Source of the DNA: a candidate division WS6 bacterium GW2011_GWF2_39_15
Lineage (GTDB): Bacteria; Patescibacteriota; Dojkabacteria; SC72
Length of the DNA: 64,000 bases
Reading direction: 5' to 3'
Assembly (NCBI GenBank): GCA_000993565.1
Contig: LBWK01000002.1
Location: 224,800 to 288,799, forward strand
Below, one piece after another: positions 8,501-15,764 of this stretch. The number at the start of each line of letters is the position of its first letter. Positions within the stretch are counted from its first letter, which is position 1. The translations under genes were made by a program, and so were the position numbers. The notes below the pieces were generated by a model. That model made no database searches, was not told where the DNA came from, and saw only the letters and a list, made by a program, of their open reading frames with translations.

Positions 8501-9275
8501 GATAGGTGCTGTCACTGTAACACTGACAGCCGGTGACACTTACACAGATCAGGGAGCGGCAGCCGTAGATAATCAGGACGGTGATATTACTCCGTCAATT
8601 GCTACGATAAGTGATGTTAACGATAATTCATCAGGAACATATCATGTAACATATAATGTCACTGATACAGCTGGTAATCCTGCAGATGAGGTGATTAGGA
8701 CTGTTGTAGTCGTTAATCCTCCTGTAGTTCCTGCTGTACAAGGAGAGCAGACTGGCCCCGAGGATAATGGAGGATCAGAAGAACCTTCAAATATTCCAAG
8801 TGAGGACAACGAAGAAGATGGAAATGGTGAAGTCTTAGGCCTCACTTGCGAAGAAAAGCAGACTACTTCAGGATATGTTTATGAGGATAAAAACGGAAAT
8901 GGCAGGAGAGATAGTAATGAGAAAGGTATTGGGGGAGTAAAAATTGAAATAAGGTATACAAATGATAATGGTGAGATTACAAAGGTGATGACTGTTACGA
9001 CTGACAAGACTGGTAAATGGAAGGCACAGCTATGTCCAGCGGATTATACCTTAGCTCTAAAAGAAACTTCTCTGCCAGAAAATTACAAAATGGGAGAAGA
9101 AGTTAAGGGAATCTCAGTAAAAAGCGGGGAGGATCTTAATAATATTAATATAGCAGTAGAGAAAGAATCATCGGGCTGGGATTTAAGATGGGCATTTGTA
9201 ATACTTGCTATCCTACTAGTCTTAGGCGGAGGAGCAAACCTTTACCTTAGAAATCGCATGAAGATGTCTAAATAG
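2568..9275 (+). CDS. Giant (2235 aa) secreted, membrane-anchored surface protein. N-terminal right-handed beta-helix (pectate-lyase-like) domain, many Ig/FN3-like beta-sandwich modules, a SdrD/CnaB-like domain and a C-terminal TM anchor.
   Basis: Signal peptide MLHLL...LGPALSVATSDVFA. Beta-helix repeats (NVILKNFTFRNAHG, NGNHFTLTNITTSGN). Repeated modules (DGVWYFHLRTVDNVGNW / DGSWYFHLRTVDLAGNW, plus a duplicated ~170-aa module). SdrD-B-like SGYVYEDKNGNGRRD...GKWKAQL. C-terminus WDLRWAFVILAILLVLGGG...RNRMKMSK. Confidence 0.85.
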   Translation: MLHLLTRFASRYFSRFISVFLSLYLILGPALSVATSDVFAASVHTVVVGGNIQAAINAADPGDIIDIQAGTFTPSSTLNVNKSLTIQGAGIDATVIDAAGYTGYGMHVTAGNVILKNFTFRNAHGTSGYGLKIANVDFISLENLKVELSYRTNVDFYGVDYGTLLNVQAYGATYGNGISITNGNHFTLTNITTSGNAWGGIALYTGTSYLPAAVSDITINGAVNISEPVKMYSEVINLGESISDIHYSISDFKYVVTFAGNPKFVFYFGNQTLDSAIGTATLIGTVKGWGSDFKIFDNALGYYVYPVPVAPVTLGLNVQSKSATPGSLPVALACGNGTNDNTPSHVWSAAVGSNIKYQRAAQPPAGSWWTDPTIYSATNTDWLWFGTAGAGNGWDGTWKLRVRAFEDANSNNVLDSADSVSNWSNECAINYDDTKPTTPVIEVPDEGKAFNTTPILNNWSDSVDTSGILKYVVEYQYDDGHSFSGGPYRETTVSQRNHVPNLSEEGGVKFRVKAVDNFGNESGWSEWRHYNYDITNASSVFNTPLAGNFNSEISITGTSVDNVGVDFVTLFYKNSSDADVPANWVKITDVVNPSKNTPFNWSYGWTPIVDGTYDLKVSATDKAGNVENTAYVYGITFDATAPAVPTLVSPADGAYIKPSLAMLDWSDVTDPHGPVTYKYKSSWNGGGHYGPVSTGTNSIINATASAYRTYSWQVQACDSFGNCSDWSGPWTVTIDGTAPTMPKWTNTERFTQNGDYAYTTDRVRMDMKFTQSSDTFGVDHYDYQFVRADLDGNKLQSGQVNMNTYLGGISCVSGICTWKPDLQDNSQWIFRMRAVDKAGNTSSWSNWNGASDSQFYNFSFDFNDFDAGAGVFARGDYDHTSGNASFVVRENVNPISEITSPDIETNNTIISINYTASDVGTKVKTVGLYRSDDILYMYSDNGTFYYNLVGEPDGTKCFYTRAEDTADDASLDAGEGNIEAVPTDKCEIQVKLDTTAPTVGNINFTVDFNPYLMGEGFGVSANVSDSFAGIKPSTCEFTYDGGLNWESGNYVGGKCVDFKSTGDNQSLAVNVRVQDRYGNIGYGSPVVRTSDLNDPTSTVTIDNVYSGPMVYDGGTINGVATDSASEVELLKVTVKRSGDNRYWNGSTFGCMLCFLPQFKSVSLANLPTWTYSGIPAGSFTNGRTYTVTPYATDSVWHIAQGTSDAFIWDSTAPTDPSSYTTVPAVGFINDNTITVNWPEVNLPGGAFDTLSGVAGYSYDFTHSEVDVPDNIQDIPVSINSITSSVLDDGVWYFHLRTVDNVGNWTNTSHVGPFTVDVTDPSVTISSPVNNSWVNHFTVSGTADDATSRINNIRVEFRKFAGGALIQTCEATYIGTSWSLDVNGLSTCTIPDGKYRIIAIATDNATNSSSVSKSGIKVDTTGPMVGSIDFTVDFDPFVNGNGFLVSVPVSETFNDANARRGLDTTSCKFSYDNGSNWENGHYGIVSLFPLKYGCYDTKSAGENQTLEVLAKAKDLMGNEAISSMSTRISDRRDPSVTVDIDEEYYSPSTFGTGVIKGTSFDAVSGIDSIKVTIQRDSDGKFWNGSSWCNPLACILTKFRPTSLSSDSTSWSYDGTSISFTDGVSYTVKAYAYDKVLNSSSSSDTFVWDITAPTADIVFPAGLIYPDPSESAKTFEVVFSEDVEENQAENPANYFLHNWPGFGGSGDLDGDATIVYDPLTYTATVTLTNAGWYVSPEQEWGVENIHDLAGNLQLINPYSETSTELIAPVTTVEGVSDQWYKSDVTVSLACTDIAGSGCARTYYTTDGTEPTTGSAQGSSFVLDADGEYVIKYFSVDNAGNIENIQTLSFTVKVDKTNPINPSEFVSDPDINTPSLGSDITVTWNNIPEPASTPTPSLVITGAVDNLSGVNGFSYLFTQNATDFPDTVIDGDRDTHEVTQSALSDGSWYFHLRTVDLAGNWSDPVSYGPMILDNQKPVISLIGAVTVTLTAGDTYTDQGAAAVDNQDGDITPSIATISDVNDNSSGTYHVTYNVTDTAGNPADEVIRTVVVVNPPVVPAVQGEQTGPEDNGGSEEPSNIPSEDNEEDGNGEVLGLTCEEKQTTSGYVYEDKNGNGRRDSNEKGIGGVKIEIRYTNDNGEITKVMTVTTDKTGKWKAQLCPADYTLALKETSLPENYKMGEEVKGISVKSGEDLNNINIAVEKESSGWDLRWAFVILAILLVLGGGANLYLRNRMKMSK

Positions 9276-9288
9276 AAAAGTGAATTAA

Positions 9289-9330
9289 GTGCAGAGTTTG
9301 AACTTACAGACTCTGCACTATCGTTTTTTC
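9289..9330 (+). terminator. Rho-independent terminator
   Basis: GTGCAGAGT - 12-nt loop - ACTCTGCAC, followed by TATCGTTTTTTC, 14 nt after the stop codon of the giant gene. Confidence 0.7.
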
Positions 9331-9489
9331 TGACATTGTAGGTCTTTCTTTTGCTATAATTTTGTAGCCTGTAGTAGTATGAAGATAGCGACGAATTTAG
9401 TATCCTGAATGTGTCGATATTGTAGATATAGGGCTGATATTTACATGCAGATATTGAGGGTAAAAGAGAGAGGAATAAGTAATATTGAG

Positions 9490-9529
9490 CTATAGGTCTT
9501 TTAAGGTGCCTCTCAGTAGGGTTATAATT
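9490..9529 (+). promoter_or_regulatory. Putative promoter of the same type as 2499-2536: CTATAGGTCTTTTAAGG, a 17-nt spacer, then GGTTATAAT
   Basis: The 16-nt motif is shared with the upstream giant gene. TATAAT at 9524-9529 lies 28 nt upstream of the ATG at 9558. Confidence 0.45.
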
Positions 9530-9557
9530 ATAGGAAAATAACTTTAGCTACCGGAAC

Positions 9558-12500
9558 ATGCTAAATAAATTTTTCTATAGTGTACGTAGGTCTATTCCCC
9601 GTATTCTCTCAATCTTCTTAGCTTCCTATATTGTACTTGGGCCTGTCTTGTCACTTTCTGCATCGCCAATTTTTGCTGAGGAAGAAACTATCGAAACTGT
9701 TGAGATTGTGGATGAAACTCCGGTTGAAGAAGAAACAATTCCACCACTAGAGGAACCTGTTGTTGAGGAACTACCGATCGAGACGGAATTGGAAACGGTC
9801 CCTCCCGAGGAGAACAATAACCCTGTTACGACAGAGACGAAATGTTCTCATGAATGTCCGGTTGAAGAAAGTACGGGAAGACTTATTGTAAAAAAGACTA
9901 CTCTCCCCGAAGATAACCATGCGGTATTTAGGATTCAGGCGTGGGGAACTGGAAAAGTCTTTGGAGGAGGGAAGGGAACGGTATCAGATGACTCAAACTG
10001 GAAATATGAAGTTGAACCAGGTACCTACTCTGTGTCTGAAAAAGCCAAGAAAGGATGGCAAGAGGTTGGTAACACCTGTAAAGATATTTATATTGAGGCC
10101 GGGGAAACAAAACATTGTAGAATAACGAATATGAAGCTGGGTGAAATCTCCGGATATAAGTTTCGGGATTTAGATGGCGATATTGAGACAAAAAGAGATC
10201 GAATCGGAGTTGAGGGATGGAAGGTCAAGCTCTGGAAGAAGGCTCATGATGACTCCTTTGAATACATAGGGCAGGTTATAACAGACAAGAATGGATTCTA
10301 TCAGTTTGAGGATCTCATGCCAGGGGAATACAAGGTTAAGGAGATTGAACAGAGTGGATGGGTAAAGCTTTCTCCAGATGGGCCTTTTATAATGGTAGAT
10401 CTCAAACCGGGTGAGAACGAGTGTAATAACGATTTTGTAAATGTAAAATATGGGCAGATTAAGGTCTTTAAAGATGTACAGTCTCCCGAAGGTGGTGATG
10501 TTTTGGATAAGTCTCACCTCTTTGAAATTCAGCTTAATTGGAATGATGCCAGAAACATCACCGATGGTGACTCTACAGTTTATGATTCTCTCGAACCGGG
10601 TATATATACAGTCTCAGAGACAAACATCCCTGACGGATATATATTGTATGGTTCATCTCTTGATGAAGACCCGAGTCTACCCGGGTTTCAAGTAGATATT
10701 TCATTGGGTGAGGAGATAGATCTGACGGTTATTAATAGGCAGAAAAGATCTAAATTAGTCATATATAAAGATGTTGTGGATTCAGGGGGTGGTGATATCT
10801 ATGATAGTCAAGAGTTTAAAGTTAGGATTCATCAAGGAGGAGACAATGTAACAGGATGGAAGACAATCTCTGATGACGAATTTGAGTCACAGTATGCAAC
10901 TTTTCACTTAAATCCGGGAACGTATAAAGTGAGGGAGCAATACTTGTCGGGGTATGAACAGATTAATTGTAAGCAGTTTGGTCCAACAGAAACGGTAAAA
11001 TTGCTGCCGGGAGAAACTTACGAGGTCGTTTGTCAAAACATGGAGACTGAATTTATACCTGAAACTGGAAGCCTAACTGTTATAAAAGACGTCTTGAACC
11101 CTGATGGGAGCCCGGTAGTCGATAACGCGACCACGTTTAATATCGCTTTGGATGGGGAGGATGTAAGATCACTAGGTGATGGTCAAAGTACTCAGTATCT
11201 GGAACTGCCTGCGGGGACTTATACTGTTACTGAAGAAGTAACTCTGGGTTATACTTTCGATAGCTTTTCTGTAGATGAAGATCCTGATGTCGATGGAGCT
11301 CAGATTACAGTTACCGGAGAGGGTGCGGAGTTGACAATTTTTAACCGTCAGCAAAAGGGAAAGATTATAGTTTATAAAGATGTCATAAACTCTGGTTCAG
11401 AAAATGCAGTGTACAGTGAGGATGTTTTTGAAATTGTGATGAATGCTGAAGGAATGGTCGACAATAAAAAGGATATTTCAGATTCTCAGTTTTCACCCTT
11501 GGTTGCAGAGTATTCCGATCTTTATCCGGGCACATACACATTTACTGAGAGTCCTTTTGAAGGATATGAATTTCTCGGATGTAGAGCCGTTAACTCTGAA
11601 GATACATTGGATGACTTAGTTGTTGTTAATGTAGCCAGTGGAACCACATACGAATTTGTTTGTGTTAATCAATTTACAGAGGCGAGTTTGCAGTTGGAAA
11701 AGAGTAATAATACTGGTGGCGCTGATCTATTACCAGGAAGCAGTGTTGTCTATACATTGGTTGTGACTGCCCCAGAAAATTCGGGAGAAGTTAAAGATGT
11801 AGAAGTTGTGGATCTGGCTCCAGAAGGGTTTAATTATGTTTCTGGTTCATGGGCGGCGATATCCTCAGAAAGAGGTGATTTACGAGCTCAGCTAATAACA
11901 GGTGAACCGACTTATGCTTCGCCCGGAGGATGGAAGATTGGTGATATGAAACCCGGAGAAGTTGTCACCCTTACTTATATGGCCGTAATCTCGAGTCTTC
12001 AGGATGCCGGGGTGTATAAAGACCTTGCTTGGGTTGAGGGACAAAGTGTAGGTGGAGAACGGGTAGTTGGGAGTGCTCCTCTTGGAGTTTTTGCAGGAAC
12101 AGAAGTGAGTGTCATTACTCCTCCACCTCAGGAAAGTGTAAAAGCTGAAGTCCTTGGAGTTACCTTACCGAATACTGGTGCTAATATGGTTGGGACTGCT
12201 TTGTCAGGTATAATGATACTCCTCGGTCTTACGATTCTTTTGATAACAGGAAAGAATACGAGAAAATTATTACCAGTAACTCTTGGTCTAGTGTTATTTA
12301 CAGGTTTAATAGGGAATGAGTTTGTTCAGAGTGCATATGCAGAGTCTACAAACTATATACGGCTTGAGTCTCCAAAGTCACCGACTGGGAAAGCAGACAC
12401 AAAGATAGGGTTTGTGGCTTTGGATATTGATAATAATGCCTTAACCGTAACTTGCTATGTGAAAAAACCAGGGGGAACATATACAGCCTTTGATACTATT

Positions 12501-13262
12501 GGACTGGTATCAGGCGGTAATAACGGCAACTGTCAATTGAATGCTTCAATTTTAAATCAAGAAGGTATATATGAATTTTATGCAACTGCAAATGGTGCTG
12601 TGTCAGAAGTCGTGGCAATGGAATTTGATGCCAAAGGACCTTTACCTATTGTCGATTATAAAAGGACTCGGAATAATTGTAGCTATACGTTAGATTTCTC
12701 TACTGGAAGCGATTCCGGTCAGACCGTTCTCGTTCAGATTTTCAGGTCGGATAAAACTTCGTTTACTGCAAATCAATCCACACTGGTAAAAGAGATTTTC
12801 ATAGGTTCCGGTAAGCCCGTTACATACATCGATACAGTCCCTGATTGTAATAAGGATTTCTTTTATGCAGTGAGAGCTGTTGATGATGCCGGCAATACAT
12901 CGGATTTTGTAACCGATAGGCTTGTGGAAGTAACGTCTCTTCCACCTGTAGATAATGGTGATGGGGGAGATACCGAGGGAGAAGTTGCAGGAGAGGAGAC
13001 AGATGGTAACAATGGTGAAGAAAATGAAGGAGGTAATGGCGAGGTCAAAGGTGAGGATAATGATAATGAAGGGGGAAATGGAAACGGAAGTAAGAATGAA
13101 GATGGTGAAGGCACAGGTAATGGTGGAGACGAGAAGGGTAATGTATGGGATTGGCTTAAATGGGTAATAGCCGCCGTTGCAGTTTTAACTGCTGGTACAT
13201 TAGTATATTTGTATGTTAATGGAAGAGATATCAGAATCAAGCTCCCAGGCAAAAAGGATTAG
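9558..13262 (+). CDS. Large (1234 aa) surface protein. Acidic Pro/Glu stalk, several SdrD/CnaB-like beta-sandwich domains, a DUF11-like domain, an internal LPNTG sortase sorting signal, then a second ectodomain, a Gly/Glu/Asn-rich linker and a C-terminal TM anchor.
   Basis: Signal peptide homologous to that of the 2568 protein. EETIETVEIVDETPVEEETIPP repeat. GYKFRDLDGD...GWKVKLW (SdrD-B-like). DUF11-like LQLEKSNNTGGADLLPGSSVVYTLVV. LPNTG at 12158-12172 followed by a TM and GKNTRK. C-terminus WDWLKWVIAAVAVLTAGTLVYLYVNGRDIRIK. Confidence 0.85.
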   Translation: MLNKFFYSVRRSIPRILSIFLASYIVLGPVLSLSASPIFAEEETIETVEIVDETPVEEETIPPLEEPVVEELPIETELETVPPEENNNPVTTETKCSHECPVEESTGRLIVKKTTLPEDNHAVFRIQAWGTGKVFGGGKGTVSDDSNWKYEVEPGTYSVSEKAKKGWQEVGNTCKDIYIEAGETKHCRITNMKLGEISGYKFRDLDGDIETKRDRIGVEGWKVKLWKKAHDDSFEYIGQVITDKNGFYQFEDLMPGEYKVKEIEQSGWVKLSPDGPFIMVDLKPGENECNNDFVNVKYGQIKVFKDVQSPEGGDVLDKSHLFEIQLNWNDARNITDGDSTVYDSLEPGIYTVSETNIPDGYILYGSSLDEDPSLPGFQVDISLGEEIDLTVINRQKRSKLVIYKDVVDSGGGDIYDSQEFKVRIHQGGDNVTGWKTISDDEFESQYATFHLNPGTYKVREQYLSGYEQINCKQFGPTETVKLLPGETYEVVCQNMETEFIPETGSLTVIKDVLNPDGSPVVDNATTFNIALDGEDVRSLGDGQSTQYLELPAGTYTVTEEVTLGYTFDSFSVDEDPDVDGAQITVTGEGAELTIFNRQQKGKIIVYKDVINSGSENAVYSEDVFEIVMNAEGMVDNKKDISDSQFSPLVAEYSDLYPGTYTFTESPFEGYEFLGCRAVNSEDTLDDLVVVNVASGTTYEFVCVNQFTEASLQLEKSNNTGGADLLPGSSVVYTLVVTAPENSGEVKDVEVVDLAPEGFNYVSGSWAAISSERGDLRAQLITGEPTYASPGGWKIGDMKPGEVVTLTYMAVISSLQDAGVYKDLAWVEGQSVGGERVVGSAPLGVFAGTEVSVITPPPQESVKAEVLGVTLPNTGANMVGTALSGIMILLGLTILLITGKNTRKLLPVTLGLVLFTGLIGNEFVQSAYAESTNYIRLESPKSPTGKADTKIGFVALDIDNNALTVTCYVKKPGGTYTAFDTIGLVSGGNNGNCQLNASILNQEGIYEFYATANGAVSEVVAMEFDAKGPLPIVDYKRTRNNCSYTLDFSTGSDSGQTVLVQIFRSDKTSFTANQSTLVKEIFIGSGKPVTYIDTVPDCNKDFFYAVRAVDDAGNTSDFVTDRLVEVTSLPPVDNGDGGDTEGEVAGEETDGNNGEENEGGNGEVKGEDNDNEGGNGNGSKNEDGEGTGNGGDEKGNVWDWLKWVIAAVAVLTAGTLVYLYVNGRDIRIKLPGKKD

Positions 13263-13902
13263 TAAAGAAAATGTAAGGACTACGCTTAGATTTATCGGCT
13301 GGCTTCTTATTGTTGCGGGTCTAGTAGTTCTTATCCTGGAGTTCAAGGATATAATAAATGCCCAGATAGATTATTATGTACACCCAGTTCAGGATGTTCC
13401 GGAAGTTAAGGTGGCAGAGCAGAAAGAAGACATAACCAGTCAATTGAAAGATGACCAGAAAATAGTTTTTGTAGACCAGGAATTCGGTCTGTTTATTCCC
13501 AAAATAAAAGCAAATGCCGCTGTAATCTCAAATGTAGACCCGTATTCTTACAATATTTATATGGAAGCATTGGAGAAAGGTATTGCCCATGCTAAGGGAA
13601 CAAGTTTGCCTAATCAAAGTGGGAATGTGTTTCTTTTTGCTCATTCAGCAGTTAATTTCTATGATTCTAAGAAACTCAATGTATATTTCTATCTCCTGAG
13701 TAAACTTGAAAAAGGTGATAAAGTATATGTTAGCTATAAAGGCGTGATATATAAGTATAAAGTTTTAAGTACAAGGTTTGTAATGCCAAGTGAAGTTAAA
13801 TACTTAGGAGATTATATGGAAAAGGATACTTTGACTCTCATGTCATGTTGGCCTGCTGGAACGAATTTGAAAAGAACTATTGTAACAGCTGTAAGAGACT
13901 GA
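13213..13902 (+). CDS. Sortase-family transpeptidase, membrane-anchored
   Basis: N-terminal TM (FIGWLLIVAGLVVLIL). Conserved His (NVFLFAHSA), a TLxTC-like active site (DTLTLMSCWP) and a downstream Arg (KRTIVTAVR). Lies immediately downstream of the LPNTG protein and overlaps its 3' end by about 50 nt. Confidence 0.7.
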   Translation: MLMEEISESSSQAKRISKENVRTTLRFIGWLLIVAGLVVLILEFKDIINAQIDYYVHPVQDVPEVKVAEQKEDITSQLKDDQKIVFVDQEFGLFIPKIKANAAVISNVDPYSYNIYMEALEKGIAHAKGTSLPNQSGNVFLFAHSAVNFYDSKKLNVYFYLLSKLEKGDKVYVSYKGVIYKYKVLSTRFVMPSEVKYLGDYMEKDTLTLMSCWPAGTNLKRTIVTAVRD

Positions 13903-13983
13903 AGAAATTCATTCAATACGTCGTTGAAAGTGGCCTCAACTAGGTATATAATACTATAAGTTAATATCGAGTTTATTTATTTT

Positions 13984-14631
13984 ATGACAATAACTTCAAA
14001 ACGAGATGAAGGTATTCTTTCTAATTATCCAGAGACTAGCGTTGTAAATACAGGGGTTTTTGCTTTACATGAGGAAATAAGAGAACATCTTAAAGCAGAG
14101 GCCGCAGAAGCAGTTCAATGTATGATATTACTTAGTGTAATGGATGGTGAGGAGCACTATCAGGAGGTTGAAGTTGCAGGTTTCCCTCTTGTTAGGTCTG
14201 TAGGAATTGATGACTTTGACCATATGATTACAGTAGGGGAAGAAATCTATAAAAATGCATATACTATTAGTGAGTGGGGTGACGAAAACCTTAAGTTAGG
14301 CAAGGTGTCCCAGTCTGATAGTGTTACTAGGCGATTTAGGTTATGTAGGGATATAAACCGCCAAGAGTTACAGGTACCAATCTTTTTCACTAAGCCACCT
14401 CGAAAGATATTTAGGAGCCAAAATGATTTTCATGCGTATTTGTATGAAGCACTTAGAGTTGCAATTAGTGTTTATTACAATTCATCAAATGATAACCCGG
14501 ATAGGGAAAGTGAGATCAACAGAAGGGTTTTTGACTCTTCAGAGTTCTCTAGGGGTCTTATGTCCTTTTGCGGTAGATTTATGAAGGATACAGGGGAGTC
14601 GAGAAAAGGGATCAAGGTCACGAACGAATAG
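13984..14631 (+). CDS. Hypothetical cytoplasmic protein
   Basis: 215-aa ORF with no TM segment and no recognisable motif. Confidence 0.45.
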   Translation: MTITSKRDEGILSNYPETSVVNTGVFALHEEIREHLKAEAAEAVQCMILLSVMDGEEHYQEVEVAGFPLVRSVGIDDFDHMITVGEEIYKNAYTISEWGDENLKLGKVSQSDSVTRRFRLCRDINRQELQVPIFFTKPPRKIFRSQNDFHAYLYEALRVAISVYYNSSNDNPDRESEINRRVFDSSEFSRGLMSFCGRFMKDTGESRKGIKVTNE

Positions 14632-15757
14632 ACTTTACCCCCACTGCTTCTTTAATATTCTTGTAGCCATCTTCTTTTAGCCGTTTTTCTAGTCCCATAT
14701 TTATTTCGGCTATTAACTGTGGACCTTCGTATATCATTCCGGTGATGAGCTGTACTAACGATGCTCCTCTTTTTATCTTCTCGTACGCATCTTGGGCATT
14801 GAATATACCGCCAAGTCCAATGATTTTTATCTTGTGGCCAAATTCTTTGTAAGCTTTTTCTATCAGTTCATTGCTAAAGTCTTTGGTCGGTGCCCCGCTG
14901 AAATTGCCCTTCAAAAATCTAACAGTATCCAGTTCTTTAGGTTCAAACAGGGTCGCGTTTCTCCTTTTTAGCAGATTGGCAATTATTACTCCGTCTACTT
15001 TATAATCAATCATTATTTGTATTAACTCTCTTGCTTTTTTCCAGGGGATCTCTAACTGAAGCTTTACCAGAAGAGGTTTGCGTATTTCTAACTTCTTAAT
15101 ACCTTCCAGAACCTGTTTCAGATGATTTGGATCTGCTAACGATCCGGATCCTAAGACATTAGGGCAAGATATGTTTAACTCTAGATAGGCTAATTTATTG
15201 TATAAACGATGTATTTTCAAAAACCTGAAACTGTTCACAATATCTTCTATCTGTGATTGTGGAGTTGTGCAGTCAGGCGAGTTAGTTGCTCCGATTGAAA
15301 TCCCTACTTGATATGCCTCCTCCCAGTTTTGTATGTTTTTATTCAGGACCTTTTTTATTCCGTCGTTTTTGAATCCTTTGTTCACAAGAATGGATTTGGA
15401 TTTTGGAAGCCTTACCAGTCTTGGAGCTTTGTTACCTTCGTAGTCGGAGAACGTAACTGTTCCAATAGACTGGAATCCGAAACCTACGCTTCCAAGTATT
15501 TGAGTCAATTCACCGTTGTAGTCAAACCCCGCTGCGAGTCCTACAGGATTTTTAAAAGTAATACCGAAAAGTTCTTGAGAAAGTGTAGGGTGATTACTAT
15601 TATATGTACGGTTTAATAATTTTTTAGAAAATTTCGATTTGCCAAGCTGTTGTCCAAGGTTAATTACTAGATTGTGTACTGTTTCGGGATCAAAAATGAA
15701 AAGAATCGGCTTTAGGAAGTATTTATACAGGAATTTAGTTGTGTAAATGATAGTCAC
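14618..15757 (-). CDS. pyrD: Dihydroorotate dehydrogenase with a class-2-like N-terminal extension
   Basis: FKNPVGLAAGFDYNGE, NKAPRLVRL...NKGFKNDG, LELNISCPN, IIGLGGIFNAQDAYEKIKRGASLVQLITGMIYEGP. Confidence 0.8.
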   Translation of the reverse strand: MTIIYTTKFLYKYFLKPILFIFDPETVHNLVINLGQQLGKSKFSKKLLNRTYNSNHPTLSQELFGITFKNPVGLAAGFDYNGELTQILGSVGFGFQSIGTVTFSDYEGNKAPRLVRLPKSKSILVNKGFKNDGIKKVLNKNIQNWEEAYQVGISIGATNSPDCTTPQSQIEDIVNSFRFLKIHRLYNKLAYLELNISCPNVLGSGSLADPNHLKQVLEGIKKLEIRKPLLVKLQLEIPWKKARELIQIMIDYKVDGVIIANLLKRRNATLFEPKELDTVRFLKGNFSGAPTKDFSNELIEKAYKEFGHKIKIIGLGGIFNAQDAYEKIKRGASLVQLITGMIYEGPQLIAEINMGLEKRLKEDGYKNIKEAVGVKSIRS

Positions 15758-15764
15758 GTCGTTA

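Noticed and set aside
12150-12360. Treating 9558-13262 as two separate genes split at the LPNTG/TM region
   Set aside because: The reading frame is continuous, with no stop, no in-frame ATG and no Shine-Dalgarno-like sequence between the KNTRK tail and the second hydrophobic segment. It is kept as one ORF, but a sequencing error cannot be excluded from sequence alone.
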